A stretch of 64,000 bases of DNA from an uncultured Acidobacteriota bacterium (GTDB lineage Bacteria > Acidobacteriota > Polarisedimenticolia > JACPZX01), in the NCBI GenBank assembly GCA_964568735.1, contig CAZMRF010000001.1, forward strand, positions 46,699-110,698, given 5' to 3'. The notes below the pieces were generated by a model that searched no databases, was not told the origin of the DNA, and was given only the letters and a program-made list of their open reading frames with translations. Positions 37,355-47,169 of this stretch are shown here, one piece after another; position 1 is the stretch's first letter, and every line of letters begins with the position of its first letter. The translations under genes and the position numbers were made by a program.

Positions 37355-38853
37355 GGGCGCGCCCCGCGCGCACCCTGCCCCGGCTTGCCCGGGTGCTCCG
37401 CGCGCAGCGTGATCAGCGTGACCTCCGGCGGCGCCAGGAAGCGGAAAGGCACCCTCGTCGTTCCGATCCCCCGGCTGATGTAGAGCTGCGAGCCTCCCTG
37501 CGAGAAGAGCCCCGACGCGTAGCCCCTGCCGAGAGTCGTGTCGGTGGTCAGCGCTCCGATGAAGGGAAGCTGGATCTGTCCCCCTTGCGTGTGCCCGGCC
37601 AGGACCAGGGGCCAGCCCATCTCGGCGGCCAGCGGGAAGAGGTCGGGGCTGTGCGAGAGCACGATGGGGAAGCTCCCTCGAGGGATCTGCTCGGCCACGG
37701 CCAGGATGAAGTCGGGGGCGCGGGGCGCCGCCCAGTCCTGCTCATCCGGAGGGCCGGCCCCGAGCGGGAGGGTCCGTCCGCCCTCTTCGAGTACCAGGTT
37801 GCGGAATTCCTTGCGTCCGGGCCCCGCGCCCCACAGGCCCACCGTGCCCGAATCGAGCCTCGTATCCGTGGCATCGAGGCAGTCGATCCTCCAGTCCTCG
37901 GGCTCCTGCTCCGCCGATGGCCAGACGCGCGCCCGAACCCGGGTTCCATCCGGCGCGCTCGCGACCTCCACCTTGAAGGCGTACCACCGCCCGGGCCAGG
38001 TCACGCCGGCGTAGGCCGACCTTCCTTCGCTGAAGACAGTTCCGTGCGGTGACAGGTGCATTTCCTTTTTCGGGCCGGTCCGGCGAAGGCGATAGAAGGC
38101 GTCCCGGTCCTCCGGCATGTGGCTGTAGAAGGTGACGCCGATTCCGCTTCGATCGGAGCTGAAGAGCATCTCTCCGCTCAGACGGTAGTTCTGGAGCTTC
38201 TCCGCCCCCGGGCTGACCAGGTTCAGGTAGCTTCCCGCCAGGGAGCTCTCGTTCTGGAAGAAGTGCCCCCCTTCCCGGCCGAAAGGAACACCCCGGGCGA
38301 CGGAGTGAAGCCCGAGCCCCACGATGGACAGGCTCGTCCCGCCGGCGGAAAGCGTCACCACCTGGTCCCTGAGGTAGACAACCCCGCGGGCGCCCAATGT
38401 CTCGGCCGTCTGGCGGCCGGCCGCGAGGGCGACCCTCTCACCGTGCCCTTCCACGAAGAATGTGCCCAGCCGTGACGGCAAGCCGGCAAGCATCGCCGCC
38501 GCCTCGGCCGTCGCACGCTCCCGCGCAGGCCCCTCGAGGGACTTTGCCACGAGATCACCCGTCATGACCACGAGGTCGGCGCGGGCTTTCTCGCCGATCT
38601 CGGCAACCTGCCGCTCCCTCACGCCGACCCCCGTGCTCTCCAGGTCGGACAGATGGAGGATCTTGAGTCCCTCGAGCCCCTCGGGGAGGCCCGCAAGGAC
38701 GATCTCGACCTCGTCGAAGCGGATCCTGTACGGCTCGACAAGCCCCGCATAGACGATCACCGCTCCCAGCACCGCCACCCCCACGGCGGCCCAGGTGATC
38801 GGGCTGCGGGCTGTCAGTCCTTGCGCGCTGCGATTCGGTTGGTATCCAGCCAA
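37351..38853 (-). CDS. Membrane-anchored calcineurin-like metallophosphoesterase
   Basis: N-terminal TM helix, with LHLSDLE, MTGDLV and GHTQGG metal-binding motifs. About 500 aa with a long insertion. Confidence 0.6.
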   Translation of the reverse strand: MAGYQPNRSAQGLTARSPITWAAVGVAVLGAVIVYAGLVEPYRIRFDEVEIVLAGLPEGLEGLKILHLSDLESTGVGVRERQVAEIGEKARADLVVMTGDLVAKSLEGPARERATAEAAAMLAGLPSRLGTFFVEGHGERVALAAGRQTAETLGARGVVYLRDQVVTLSAGGTSLSIVGLGLHSVARGVPFGREGGHFFQNESSLAGSYLNLVSPGAEKLQNYRLSGEMLFSSDRSGIGVTFYSHMPEDRDAFYRLRRTGPKKEMHLSPHGTVFSEGRSAYAGVTWPGRWYAFKVEVASAPDGTRVRARVWPSAEQEPEDWRIDCLDATDTRLDSGTVGLWGAGPGRKEFRNLVLEEGGRTLPLGAGPPDEQDWAAPRAPDFILAVAEQIPRGSFPIVLSHSPDLFPLAAEMGWPLVLAGHTQGGQIQLPFIGALTTDTTLGRGYASGLFSQGGSQLYISRGIGTTRVPFRFLAPPEVTLITLRAEHPGKPGQGARGARP

Positions 38854-39029
38854 CGGATCAGCTCGGCCTTCTTGTAGCGCAGCGCCGACGTCCGCCCATC
38901 TCCGATGCGGTACGCCGGCAGGCTGCCGTCCTTGGTGAGCGCCCAGAGCTTGGTCCGGCCGATCTTCAGAAGGCGCTGCGCCTCCCTGCTGGTCAGGATC
39001 TCGTCCTTCTCCAGCTCATGATTAGCCAT
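38814..39029 (-). CDS. Small helix-turn-helix DNA-binding protein (excisionase/MerR-superfamily-like)
   Basis: 71 aa. ILTSREAQRLLKIGRTKLWALTKDGSLPAYRIG is the Xis/AlpA-type HTH. Confidence 0.55.
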   Translation of the reverse strand: MANHELEKDEILTSREAQRLLKIGRTKLWALTKDGSLPAYRIGDGRTSALRYKKAELIRWLDTNRIAARKD

Positions 39030-39053
39030 CTGGTGTTGCTCCTCCTCCCGTTC

Positions 39054-39839
39054 CTAGGTTCGATCATTCGTCGAGGCGGTGGTCCCCTCTTCCCTGTAGG
39101 GGTAGTAGTAGGCGGCGACCCCCCGCTCCGAGACTGCGTTGAGTACGAAACCGATGAGCTTGTTGCGGTCGATGGCCGCGAGCGTCTCCGAGACCGCGTG
39201 CCGCGGCGTCCGTCCCGCGCGCACGACGACGAGCACTCCGTCGGCGAGCCGCGCCAGCGCGGCGGTGTCCGCGATGGGAAGCACCGGGGGCGCGTCGCAG
39301 ACGATCAGGTCGTAGGTGTCGCGGAGCCTCGAGAAGAGCGTGCGTATCCGCTCGATGGGCATCGGATCGAACCTCCGCCCCAGGCCCGGCGGAAGCGCAT
39401 AGACGTCGAGCGGCACGACCTCGGTCCTCTCGACCGCCGAAGCCAGCGTGGCCGATCCGGTGAGGACCGCCAGGAGACCCCTGCGCGGCGACTTCTCGAA
39501 GAGGGAATGGATCTTCGGGTTGCGAAAGTCGCCGTCCACGAGGGCTACCTGCCGCCCCTCCTCCCGCGCCAGCGTGACCGCGAGGTTGGCGGCCGTGGTG
39601 GTCTTGCCGTCGCCCATCAGGGGGCTCGTGACGACCACGAGCTTCATGCTGCCCGCGAGCGTCTCGTTGAGCGCCTCGATCTTGAGCCCGAGCTTCCGGT
39701 ACTGCTCGCCGGCCAGGCTCGTGTGGTCGTTGAGCGCGGCGAGGACGTCGGAGCTCTTCCAGGCGAGGCGCGCGTCCGCCGCCGATTCGCTCGATGCGTC
39801 CCATCGTCCCTCCGGCGGCGCCACGCTGGACCTCTTCAC
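39054..39839 (-). CDS. Polysaccharide biosynthesis tyrosine autokinase (BY-kinase, CpsD/Wzc C-terminal-type)
   Basis: Walker A GDGKTT and Walker B-type IVCDAPP. Confidence 0.8.
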   Translation of the reverse strand: MKRSSVAPPEGRWDASSESAADARLAWKSSDVLAALNDHTSLAGEQYRKLGLKIEALNETLAGSMKLVVVTSPLMGDGKTTTAANLAVTLAREEGRQVALVDGDFRNPKIHSLFEKSPRRGLLAVLTGSATLASAVERTEVVPLDVYALPPGLGRRFDPMPIERIRTLFSRLRDTYDLIVCDAPPVLPIADTAALARLADGVLVVVRAGRTPRHAVSETLAAIDRNKLIGFVLNAVSERGVAAYYYPYREEGTTASTNDRT

Positions 39840-39849
39840 GGATCCTCCC

Positions 39850-41358
39850 CTACCTGCCCGTCACGAGGAAGAGGAAGAGGAGAAGGCCGATGGCCGCCGC
39901 CGCGATCCCCGAACCGATGAGGAGCCTCACCCTGCGCACGGCCTTGCGCCGGTTCTCCTCGCTCAGGAGAGTCGGTATCGCCGCCAGCACGGGTATGTTG
40001 AAGGCGGCGAGGAGCTCCTGCTCCCGGCGGAAGCGAGGACGGAAGAGGTCGAGCGAAATCGCGGCCGCGGAGCCCAGGATGAGCCCCAGGGCGCTCCCGA
40101 AGGCCATGATCTGGGTGGGGTTCGGCTTGAAGGGAATCGAGGGCGGGATGGCCCTGTCCACGACATTGAACTGCTCGCCGCGCCGCTCCTCCTCGAGCTT
40201 GCCCGCGAGGTCGGCCTCCAGCTTCTTGTTGAGGAGCGACTGGTAGTTGGCCGCGAGGTTCTGGTAGTCCCTGGTGAGGGTGCTCAGGATGGCCTCGTTG
40301 CGCGGAGCGCTCTCGACCCTTTCCTGGTACCGGGCAATGTCCTGGCGGAGCTGCTGCTCCTCCGCGACGTAGCCCTTGATCTCCGCGTCGACGGCCTGAA
40401 CGTCGACCCTCAACCGGCCCGCGTAGAGGGAGGTGTTGGAGGCGTTCCCCTGCGCCCCAGCTCCGCCGGCGGGATCGGGCTCCGGCTGGGCCGTCAGCAG
40501 CGCCTCGAGCCGCTCGACCTCCTTCCTCTGCATGGCCACGTCCGGGTGCTTCTCCGTGTACCTATCTTGAAGCTCGAGCATCTTCGCCCGGGCCTGCTCC
40601 AGCTGGAGCTCGAGCTGGCTCACGCTGGTCCCGCCGGCGGGTAGCTCGGCGAGCTGGTTCTCGAGGAGGAGCCTCCTGTCACGAGCCCGGCTCAGCGACT
40701 CCCCTACCGCGCGCAGCCTCTGCTGCAGCGCCTCGAGCGTCCTGAGATTGGCATCCGCCTGCTCGGGCAGCTCTCCCAGGTGCTCGCGCTTGAAGCGCGC
40801 GATGTTGTCCTCCTCCTCCTGGAGCTGCAGCTTCACTCGCTCCTGCTCGCGTTCCAGGAACTTGCTCGTGCTGTCGGCCTCGCGCTGCCGCGCCGCGGTG
40901 TTCTCCTCGATGACCAGGTCGGCCATCTTGTTCGCGACGATGGCCACCTGCTTCGGGTCGAGGCCCTCGTAGATGATCCTGAAGGAGTTGGTTCCGCGGA
41001 TGTCGAGCTTCGTTCGCGCGGCCACCCTTCCGACGAGGAACTCCAGGGGCACCGAATCGATCTCGTCGGGGAAGAGGTTCAGCTCGCGGATCACCCTCTC
41101 GACCCTGCTCCGGCTCGTGATCTGCTGCTGCAGGGAGCGGAGCCGATCCTCGATGCTCATCGTAACGGTCGGGCGGACATAGGCGACGGGGATCTTCTGG
41201 GGCTCCACGAGGATGAGCGTGCTGGCCCGGTAGACCCTGGGCAGGCGATCCGCTATGACCACGGCTGCCGCCGCGCCCAGGACGAGGCCGGCGATCGGCA
41301 TCCACCACCGGCGCTTCAGGCTCGAGAGGAGGCTCGTCAGATTGAGGATGTCTTCCAC
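39850..41358 (-). CDS. Polysaccharide chain-length determinant protein (Wzz/GumC family, Wzc N-terminal-type)
   Basis: N- and C-terminal TM helices flank a long coiled-coil periplasmic region. A 10-nt gap separates it from the BY-kinase gene. Confidence 0.75.
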   Translation of the reverse strand: MEDILNLTSLLSSLKRRWWMPIAGLVLGAAAAVVIADRLPRVYRASTLILVEPQKIPVAYVRPTVTMSIEDRLRSLQQQITSRSRVERVIRELNLFPDEIDSVPLEFLVGRVAARTKLDIRGTNSFRIIYEGLDPKQVAIVANKMADLVIEENTAARQREADSTSKFLEREQERVKLQLQEEEDNIARFKREHLGELPEQADANLRTLEALQQRLRAVGESLSRARDRRLLLENQLAELPAGGTSVSQLELQLEQARAKMLELQDRYTEKHPDVAMQRKEVERLEALLTAQPEPDPAGGAGAQGNASNTSLYAGRLRVDVQAVDAEIKGYVAEEQQLRQDIARYQERVESAPRNEAILSTLTRDYQNLAANYQSLLNKKLEADLAGKLEEERRGEQFNVVDRAIPPSIPFKPNPTQIMAFGSALGLILGSAAAISLDLFRPRFRREQELLAAFNIPVLAAIPTLLSEENRRKAVRRVRLLIGSGIAAAAIGLLLFLFLVTGR

Positions 41359-41367
41359 GCCATCACC

Positions 41368-42720
41368 TCAATTGAACCGCGCCGTGAGGGAGAGTCCGAA
41401 GCGCCAGTCGTCGATCTTCTGCCTCTCCACGACCTGAATCTGCTGGCCGCTCATGTTCAGGCGACTGACCTCGACATCGCTCCACTGGGCGTTGCGAGAG
41501 TAGGAGAGCGATCCTGCGAAGCCCGCCCTGAAGGCAACATCGAGCGACCCCGTGCCGCTCCTGGCGAGCGTCTCGTCGTCCTGCTGCGACTCTGCCCCGC
41601 GCGAAGTGGACTGGTTGGCGTAGAGCGATCCGCCCAGGATCCGGTTGAAGGTGACCCTCGTTCCAGTGAACCAGGTCTCCGTCCGGCTGACGGCGAAGGA
41701 TCCGCTTCCCGTCGAGAGCTGCTGGTTGTAGCCCGCCTCCGCGTTGACGGATCGTCCCGTCCACTGGATCGCGGTCTCCGCGTGGGTGCCGCTGCTCGGG
41801 GAGAGGGAGGCATCGTCGGGCACGACGACGTCGTATCCGAAGAGGCCTCGCGCCGAGAGGCGCGTGCCCATCCCCAGCCGCCCGCCAGCGCTCAGGTTGT
41901 AGGTCTGGTTCTCCCGGCGCAGCGTGCGGAGTACAAGGGTCGGGGCGTTCGGGTCGATGGGACGATTCTCCTCCACGAATTCTCGCTGCTTGAACTGGTT
42001 GGTTGCCGCCCGCGCGCTCAGGTCGAGACCCGACCTCGTACTCAGCTCCCGCGTCCAGCGCACGTTGAGTCCCACCCCCGTGAAGTCCACGAGGTTCGGG
42101 TCGCTGAAGGACTGGAATGCATGCTCGACCTCGGTTCTCAGCGCGCTCGAGACCCCGAGCTGATGGTCGAGCTGCGCGCCGGCGCGATTGCCCCTCCGAT
42201 CGGTGAACTGCGTGAGCACGACAGGCCCCGTGACGTTGGTGGCGCTCGCGCCCTGTTCCGGCGTGTAGGCGAAGGCATCCGAAAGGGTGAAGCGGGTCCT
42301 GGGCGAGAGACGCCAGTTGCTGCGGAGCTGGCCGACGTGCGAGAGGCGGTTCAGGCCCGTCCTATCCCGGTAGAAGGTACCGAGGGGCGAGTAGCTTCCG
42401 TTGAAGCTCCAGAGGTTTCCCGTCCGATCCGCGGTGCCGGTGAGCCGGAGCTCGCTGGCCAAGTCTCCGTCCGGACCGCGAGCCCTGCATTTCTGGGGAG
42501 TGGTCGAGGGCGGACATGTGCTCGAGCTGTAATCCACGTTGTCGGCCCAGGTGCTGCGCAACCCCGCCGAGCTCGAGAGATCCCATTGGGCGGAGGCGGG
42601 GGTCCACGCGGCCGCCCCGAAGAGGAGCGCCACGACGGTCCTGCCTTGGAGCGCGCTTGGAATCCGCGCGCTGCGCACTCGCTGGCCGCGCCCTCGTGGG
42701 GCCTGCATGACGTCGCTCAT
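41368..42720 (-). CDS. Putative outer-membrane beta-barrel protein of the EPS locus
   Basis: Signal peptide, then an alternating-hydrophobic beta-strand pattern throughout and a C-terminal aromatic-rich end. Confidence 0.5.
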   Translation of the reverse strand: MSDVMQAPRGRGQRVRSARIPSALQGRTVVALLFGAAAWTPASAQWDLSSSAGLRSTWADNVDYSSSTCPPSTTPQKCRARGPDGDLASELRLTGTADRTGNLWSFNGSYSPLGTFYRDRTGLNRLSHVGQLRSNWRLSPRTRFTLSDAFAYTPEQGASATNVTGPVVLTQFTDRRGNRAGAQLDHQLGVSSALRTEVEHAFQSFSDPNLVDFTGVGLNVRWTRELSTRSGLDLSARAATNQFKQREFVEENRPIDPNAPTLVLRTLRRENQTYNLSAGGRLGMGTRLSARGLFGYDVVVPDDASLSPSSGTHAETAIQWTGRSVNAEAGYNQQLSTGSGSFAVSRTETWFTGTRVTFNRILGGSLYANQSTSRGAESQQDDETLARSGTGSLDVAFRAGFAGSLSYSRNAQWSDVEVSRLNMSGQQIQVVERQKIDDWRFGLSLTARFN

Positions 42721-43388
42721 GGGATGAAAATCGTGTCTCCCGGGTGCAGGAGGAGGTTCTGCTCCGGGCGATCACCCGACATGACTTTCTTGAAATTGAT
42801 TTCGTGCCGGACCTCCATGTGTCCGGTCTGCCGCAGCAGGACGATCTTGTCGGGATGGGCGAAGGCCGAGAAGCCGCCCGCGAGGGAGATGGCCTGGGCC
42901 AGGGAAGTCCTGTCTTTCAGCCTCAGCTCGCCGGGTCGCACGACCTCACCGACGAGGAAAACCTTGTAGCTGTTGATCTCCTGGACGATCACGGAGACCT
43001 CCGGCTCGCTGACGTAGAGCTTCCACTTCTCCGTCAACGCGTCCTTGAGCTGGACCGGAGTCAGCCCGGCGGCCTGCACGTCGTCGATGAGCGGCAGCGA
43101 GATCTTCCCGTCGGGACGCACGGGAACGGTCAGCGATAGGTCAGGCGTCTTCCAGACGGCGATCTGGAGGACATCCTCGATGCCGATCACGTAGTCGCCG
43201 GCGTAGGGTCCGGCGGGTTCGGGCGGCGCGGATGGAATGTCGGCGGAATCGGCCGCCATCCCGGGCCTGCAGGCGACGAGGATCACCAGCAACGCGGCTG
43301 ACAGGGCGGCCCAACCCGGAAGCACTCTAATCCTCACCGGCTCTGTTCTCCTCTGCCCCAGGAAGACCGGGATTCCGAACGAGATCAT
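42717..43388 (-). CDS. Polysaccharide export protein (Wza-like, short form with polysaccharide-export and SLBB domains)
   Basis: Lipobox LVAC, and the YVIGIEDVLQIAVWKTPDLS...LVGEVVRPG...HPGDTIFIP Wza periplasmic motifs. Confidence 0.75.
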   Translation of the reverse strand: MISFGIPVFLGQRRTEPVRIRVLPGWAALSAALLVILVACRPGMAADSADIPSAPPEPAGPYAGDYVIGIEDVLQIAVWKTPDLSLTVPVRPDGKISLPLIDDVQAAGLTPVQLKDALTEKWKLYVSEPEVSVIVQEINSYKVFLVGEVVRPGELRLKDRTSLAQAISLAGGFSAFAHPDKIVLLRQTGHMEVRHEINFKKVMSGDRPEQNLLLHPGDTIFIP

Positions 43389-43671
43389 CGCCGGGGGATC
43401 GGATCCCCCGCCGGACCGGGCCTAATCGCCCGATGACCGGGCCTCTGCCGGCGCGCGGAAACCTCCGCCTTCCGACCGGCGGCCTGCCCGGACGGAGGGT
43501 TCCGTCGATGAGCCTTGGATGGATGCCATCATATACGGTGAGCCCCGGTGCCCGTCAAGCCAAAACGAACCCCTGCGAACAAAGAGCCCGGATCCTCGCC
43601 AGGGCGTTGGAGGCCACAGGAGGCGGAGAATCCCGGGAAAGGCACCGCACCACGGCGGATCAGGAGAGGCT

Positions 43672-45543
43672 TCAGCGAGGCTCGGGCGGCGGGGTCTGGC
43701 GGCTGGCCACGACCCGTCCCCCCGATGCTGCGAATTCCGGCACGAGCTCCGCCAGCGCCAGGCGAACGGGCCCGTCGGTCATCTCGATCCCGCCGCTTCC
43801 CCGGCCGCGAAGGGCCGCGAGCCGGGTGAGGAGATCGCTCTCCGCCGTGCCCTCCTCCCGGCATTTCAGGATCTTCTCGTGGCTGGTCGCCTGGATATCC
43901 TCGCGGTTGAGATGAAGCTCTTCGTGGAGCTTCTCGCCGGGGCGTAGTCCCGTGAAGACGATCTCGATGTCGCTGCCGGGCGCGAACCCGGAGAGATCGA
44001 TCAGGTTGCGCGCGAGATCGACGATCCGGATCGCCTGCCCCATGTCGAGGATGTAGACCTCTCCTCCCTGCCCCATCGTCCCCGCCTGCAGGACGAGCTG
44101 CACCGCTTCCGGGATGGTCATGAAGTAGCGCGTGACGTCGGGGTGAGTGACGGTCACGGGACCGCCCTCCGCGATCTGCTTCTTGAAGAGCGGGACGACG
44201 GATCCATCGCTGCCCAGCACGTTGCCGAACCTGACCGAGACGAATCGGGTCGAACCCCGGTTCATGCTCTGGACCACGAGCTCGGCGACTCGCTTCGTGG
44301 CCCCCATGACGCTCACCGGGTTGACCGCCTTGTCCGTGGAGATGAGGACGAATCGCTCGCAGCCGTGCGACTCCGCCTCCCGTGCCGTGATCCAGGTCCC
44401 GATGACGTTGTTCTTGAAGGCTTCCGCCGCGTTCAGCTCCATCAACGGCACGTGCTTGTAGGCGGCGGCGTGGAAGACCGTGTGCGGACGATACAACCCG
44501 AAGACCTCCTCCATCCTCGGCTGATCCGTGATGTCGGCGACGACCGCCTCGAGCGCGAGCGTCGGGAACCGCTTCCTGAGCTCGAGCTCCACGAAATACA
44601 TGTTGTTCTCGTTGCGGTCGAGGAGGATGAGCTGCTCGGGCTCGAACTCCGCCACCTGCCGCGCGAGCTCACGCCCGATCGAGCCCCCTCCTCCCGTGAC
44701 GAGCACTCGTTTCCCTTGGAGGTAGGATCCGATGGCCGCGAGATCCACCTTGACCGGGTCCCGCCCCAGGAGATCCTCGAGCTCCACGTCGCGGACCTGG
44801 CTCAGGTGCACCTGGCCGTCGATGAGCTGCTTCATGGGCGGAAGGGTCCGGGTCCGGAGCCCGGCGCGCTGGCAGTACTTGTAGACCTCCGCCAGATCGC
44901 TCCCCGACGCGGAGGGTATGGCGACGACGACCTCGCGGACCTGCCGCTCGGCAGCCACCCTGGGAATCTCCTCGTGGCCCCCGAGGACAGGGACTCCGTG
45001 GATCCTCACCCCCCACTTCGCGGCGTCGTCATCGATGAAGCCGACGGGGTTGTAGTCCATCCGCTGGTTGTTCCTCATCTCGCGCAGGATGATCTCGCCT
45101 GCGTCCCCCGCTCCCACGATGAGGATCGGTCTGCGCGTCTTGAGGACTCGCGCCTGGCTCAGCTCCTTCTGCATCCGGGTCAGGAAGCGGACTCCGCCCA
45201 CGAGGCCGAAGACGATCATGGCGTCGATCAGGACCACCGAGCGGGGCATCCCGCGGTCGTAACCCAGGAGGATGAACAGAGCGACCAGCAGGATGCTCCT
45301 GGCCCCCACCGACTTGAGGATCAGGAGCAGATCCGTGACGCTCGCGTAACGCCAGATGCCCCGGTAGAGCCCGGTTGCGTAGAAGGCGAGCGGCGTGACG
45401 ACGAGATCGATGACGAGCCACTGCTCGAAATGGACGAAGGCGGAGGGGAACGGCGTGTCGAACCGGAGATAGTTGGCCGCAAGGCTGGCCAGCACGACGG
45501 CGACCATGTCGGCCACCAGAAGCACTGCCGACTTGCGGTTCAT
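43672..45543 (-). CDS. Membrane-bound nucleotide-sugar 4,6-dehydratase/epimerase (CapD/PglF/WbpM family)
   Basis: Four N-terminal TM helices, then two Rossmann motifs (ILIVGAGDAG; VLVTGGGGSIG) and the YKHVP catalytic region. Confidence 0.85.
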   Translation of the reverse strand: MNRKSAVLLVADMVAVVLASLAANYLRFDTPFPSAFVHFEQWLVIDLVVTPLAFYATGLYRGIWRYASVTDLLLILKSVGARSILLVALFILLGYDRGMPRSVVLIDAMIVFGLVGGVRFLTRMQKELSQARVLKTRRPILIVGAGDAGEIILREMRNNQRMDYNPVGFIDDDAAKWGVRIHGVPVLGGHEEIPRVAAERQVREVVVAIPSASGSDLAEVYKYCQRAGLRTRTLPPMKQLIDGQVHLSQVRDVELEDLLGRDPVKVDLAAIGSYLQGKRVLVTGGGGSIGRELARQVAEFEPEQLILLDRNENNMYFVELELRKRFPTLALEAVVADITDQPRMEEVFGLYRPHTVFHAAAYKHVPLMELNAAEAFKNNVIGTWITAREAESHGCERFVLISTDKAVNPVSVMGATKRVAELVVQSMNRGSTRFVSVRFGNVLGSDGSVVPLFKKQIAEGGPVTVTHPDVTRYFMTIPEAVQLVLQAGTMGQGGEVYILDMGQAIRIVDLARNLIDLSGFAPGSDIEIVFTGLRPGEKLHEELHLNREDIQATSHEKILKCREEGTAESDLLTRLAALRGRGSGGIEMTDGPVRLALAELVPEFAASGGRVVASRQTPPPEPR

Positions 45544-45649
45544 GAAGCTCCCCCCGGGTGGCGGCCTCGCGCAAGAGCCCGGCGGACGGGAAGATTCGGG
45601 CCATGAGTGCGAGAGACGAGGAGTATATACGTCCCGTTCTCGAACCCTG

Positions 45650-46264
45650 TCAACGCCCGAGCCGGCGGGTCCAGGCGATGATGAATCGGAAGGCGTCGGG
45701 CGCAATGCCGAAGGTGGACCAGGTCGTGTACTGCCCCTCGAATCTGAGCCAGCTTCGCTTCCCGAGCGACATGTGCCCTCCCACCCCCAGCGCATAGGCT
45801 ACGCCCACGTCGCTGTCCGCCTCCGAGCGGGCGCTGATGGGGCCCGTCTGAGTGGAGATCACCGCTTCGTCCGTGCCGACCTGATCGAAAGCGACGCCGG
45901 CCCCGAAGAAGCCGTAGGGCCGCGTTCGCTGGTCGCGCTCGGACCGGAAGGTGAGGGTTCCGCGCACCGTGAGGAAGGTGAGGGTCTCGTCGGGCCCGTT
46001 CTCGATGGAGCCGGGGTAGCGATCCAGGCCGAACCCGACGGACCAGTAGGGTCTGAAGTGGAATGCTCCGAAGGCTCCGGCCCCCCACGTCGGCTCGAGC
46101 CCCCCTTCGTCCCCCGGCAGGAGGTAGGCCGTGCTACCGCCGACCTCCCAGCAGCCCTCGCAGATCTCGGCGCCTGAGGCGAACGGGATGGCGGTGCTCA
46201 CCGCCAGGAGAGCGGCAGCGAGCCAGCGGGCGCCGGCCACGAGCCGCCTACCGGCGGCCGCCAA
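45650..46264 (-). CDS. Small outer-membrane beta-barrel protein (OmpA-N-barrel / OmpW-like)
   Basis: Signal peptide. Aromatic/Gly-rich amphipathic beta-strands; the C-terminal segment ends in RFEGQYTTWSTF. Confidence 0.5.
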   Translation of the reverse strand: MAAAGRRLVAGARWLAAALLAVSTAIPFASGAEICEGCWEVGGSTAYLLPGDEGGLEPTWGAGAFGAFHFRPYWSVGFGLDRYPGSIENGPDETLTFLTVRGTLTFRSERDQRTRPYGFFGAGVAFDQVGTDEAVISTQTGPISARSEADSDVGVAYALGVGGHMSLGKRSWLRFEGQYTTWSTFGIAPDAFRFIIAWTRRLGR

Positions 46265-46994
46265 GAATGAAGGTCGCTCCGGCGGTAGCCTCGAAGGCGT
46301 CCTGGTTCTGATCGAAGGTGTCGTGGTGGTAGTACCGCACTTCGTATCTCACCGCGAACCAGTCGTTGAAGAACGTGCGTGCCCCGAGCCCGACGGTCAG
46401 GAGCACCCCGCTGTCCTGCTCGTTGAGGTGGGTCTGCCAGGAGACCTCTTCTTCGGGATTGGGGATGTTCTGGTTCGGGTCCTTGACGTGACCGTCCGGG
46501 GTGATGTCGCTGCAAGCGACGGCACCTGCCGCATTGGGATCGGGATCCGGCTGCAGATCGAGGCAGAACTGGGAGGCGGCCCGATCCTCCACGACCGACC
46601 CCAGGCCGACGGAGAGGTAGGGGATCGTGGCGCTGTCCGACTCGGTAAGGAAGTTCGCGGTAAGTCCCATGCTGACGTAGAGGAAGTCCGTGCCTGCCTC
46701 GTTCGAGAAGGGGACCTGGTTGGCCGGCTGGGAGGGGTCGCCGGCGAAGCCGGTGACCTCGTGGCTGGTGTCGTATTTGTCGACGCCCAGCTCGATCATG
46801 ATCCGCTGGGAGATCGCGTAGCCGAACGTGAACCCATAGGTCGAATCTGACCTGACGGCCTGCTTGTTGTCCCCGCTCTGGACCCCTCCATGGATGCCGA
46901 TCTCGAAGCTCTTGTCGTAGATGCCCGCGACGGCGGGGAGGGAGGCACACCACGCGAGAAGCCCGCAGCCCATGAAGATCCGGCACGATCTCAT
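46248..46994 (-). CDS. Small outer-membrane beta-barrel protein (paralogous arrangement to the previous gene)
   Basis: Signal peptide with beta-barrel strand periodicity. The C-terminal segment ends in AGATFILGGRR. Confidence 0.5.
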   Translation of the reverse strand: MRSCRIFMGCGLLAWCASLPAVAGIYDKSFEIGIHGGVQSGDNKQAVRSDSTYGFTFGYAISQRIMIELGVDKYDTSHEVTGFAGDPSQPANQVPFSNEAGTDFLYVSMGLTANFLTESDSATIPYLSVGLGSVVEDRAASQFCLDLQPDPDPNAAGAVACSDITPDGHVKDPNQNIPNPEEEVSWQTHLNEQDSGVLLTVGLGARTFFNDWFAVRYEVRYYHHDTFDQNQDAFEATAGATFILGGRR

Positions 46995-47169
46995 CGAGGT
47001 CCACTCCGCAGGCCGGAGGGGAGATCCGGCCGGTCCGCAGCCTTACGCAGGTCGCTCGTCGAATCGGGAGGCGGCATTATATCGGCCTCCCTCTCGAAGT
47101 CAACGAGAGGGCGCCCGCCGCGGGCGCTCGGGCCGCGCGGATCCGGGGGTTCCGCTACAATGCGCGCCT

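Noticed and set aside
41368-43388. Labelling the outer-membrane barrel/Wza/chain-length-determinant genes specifically as a PEP-CTERM/exosortase EPS system
   Set aside because: The gene set resembles those loci, but no exosortase gene and no PEP-CTERM-tailed proteins are visible in the window. This stays a comparison, not a call.
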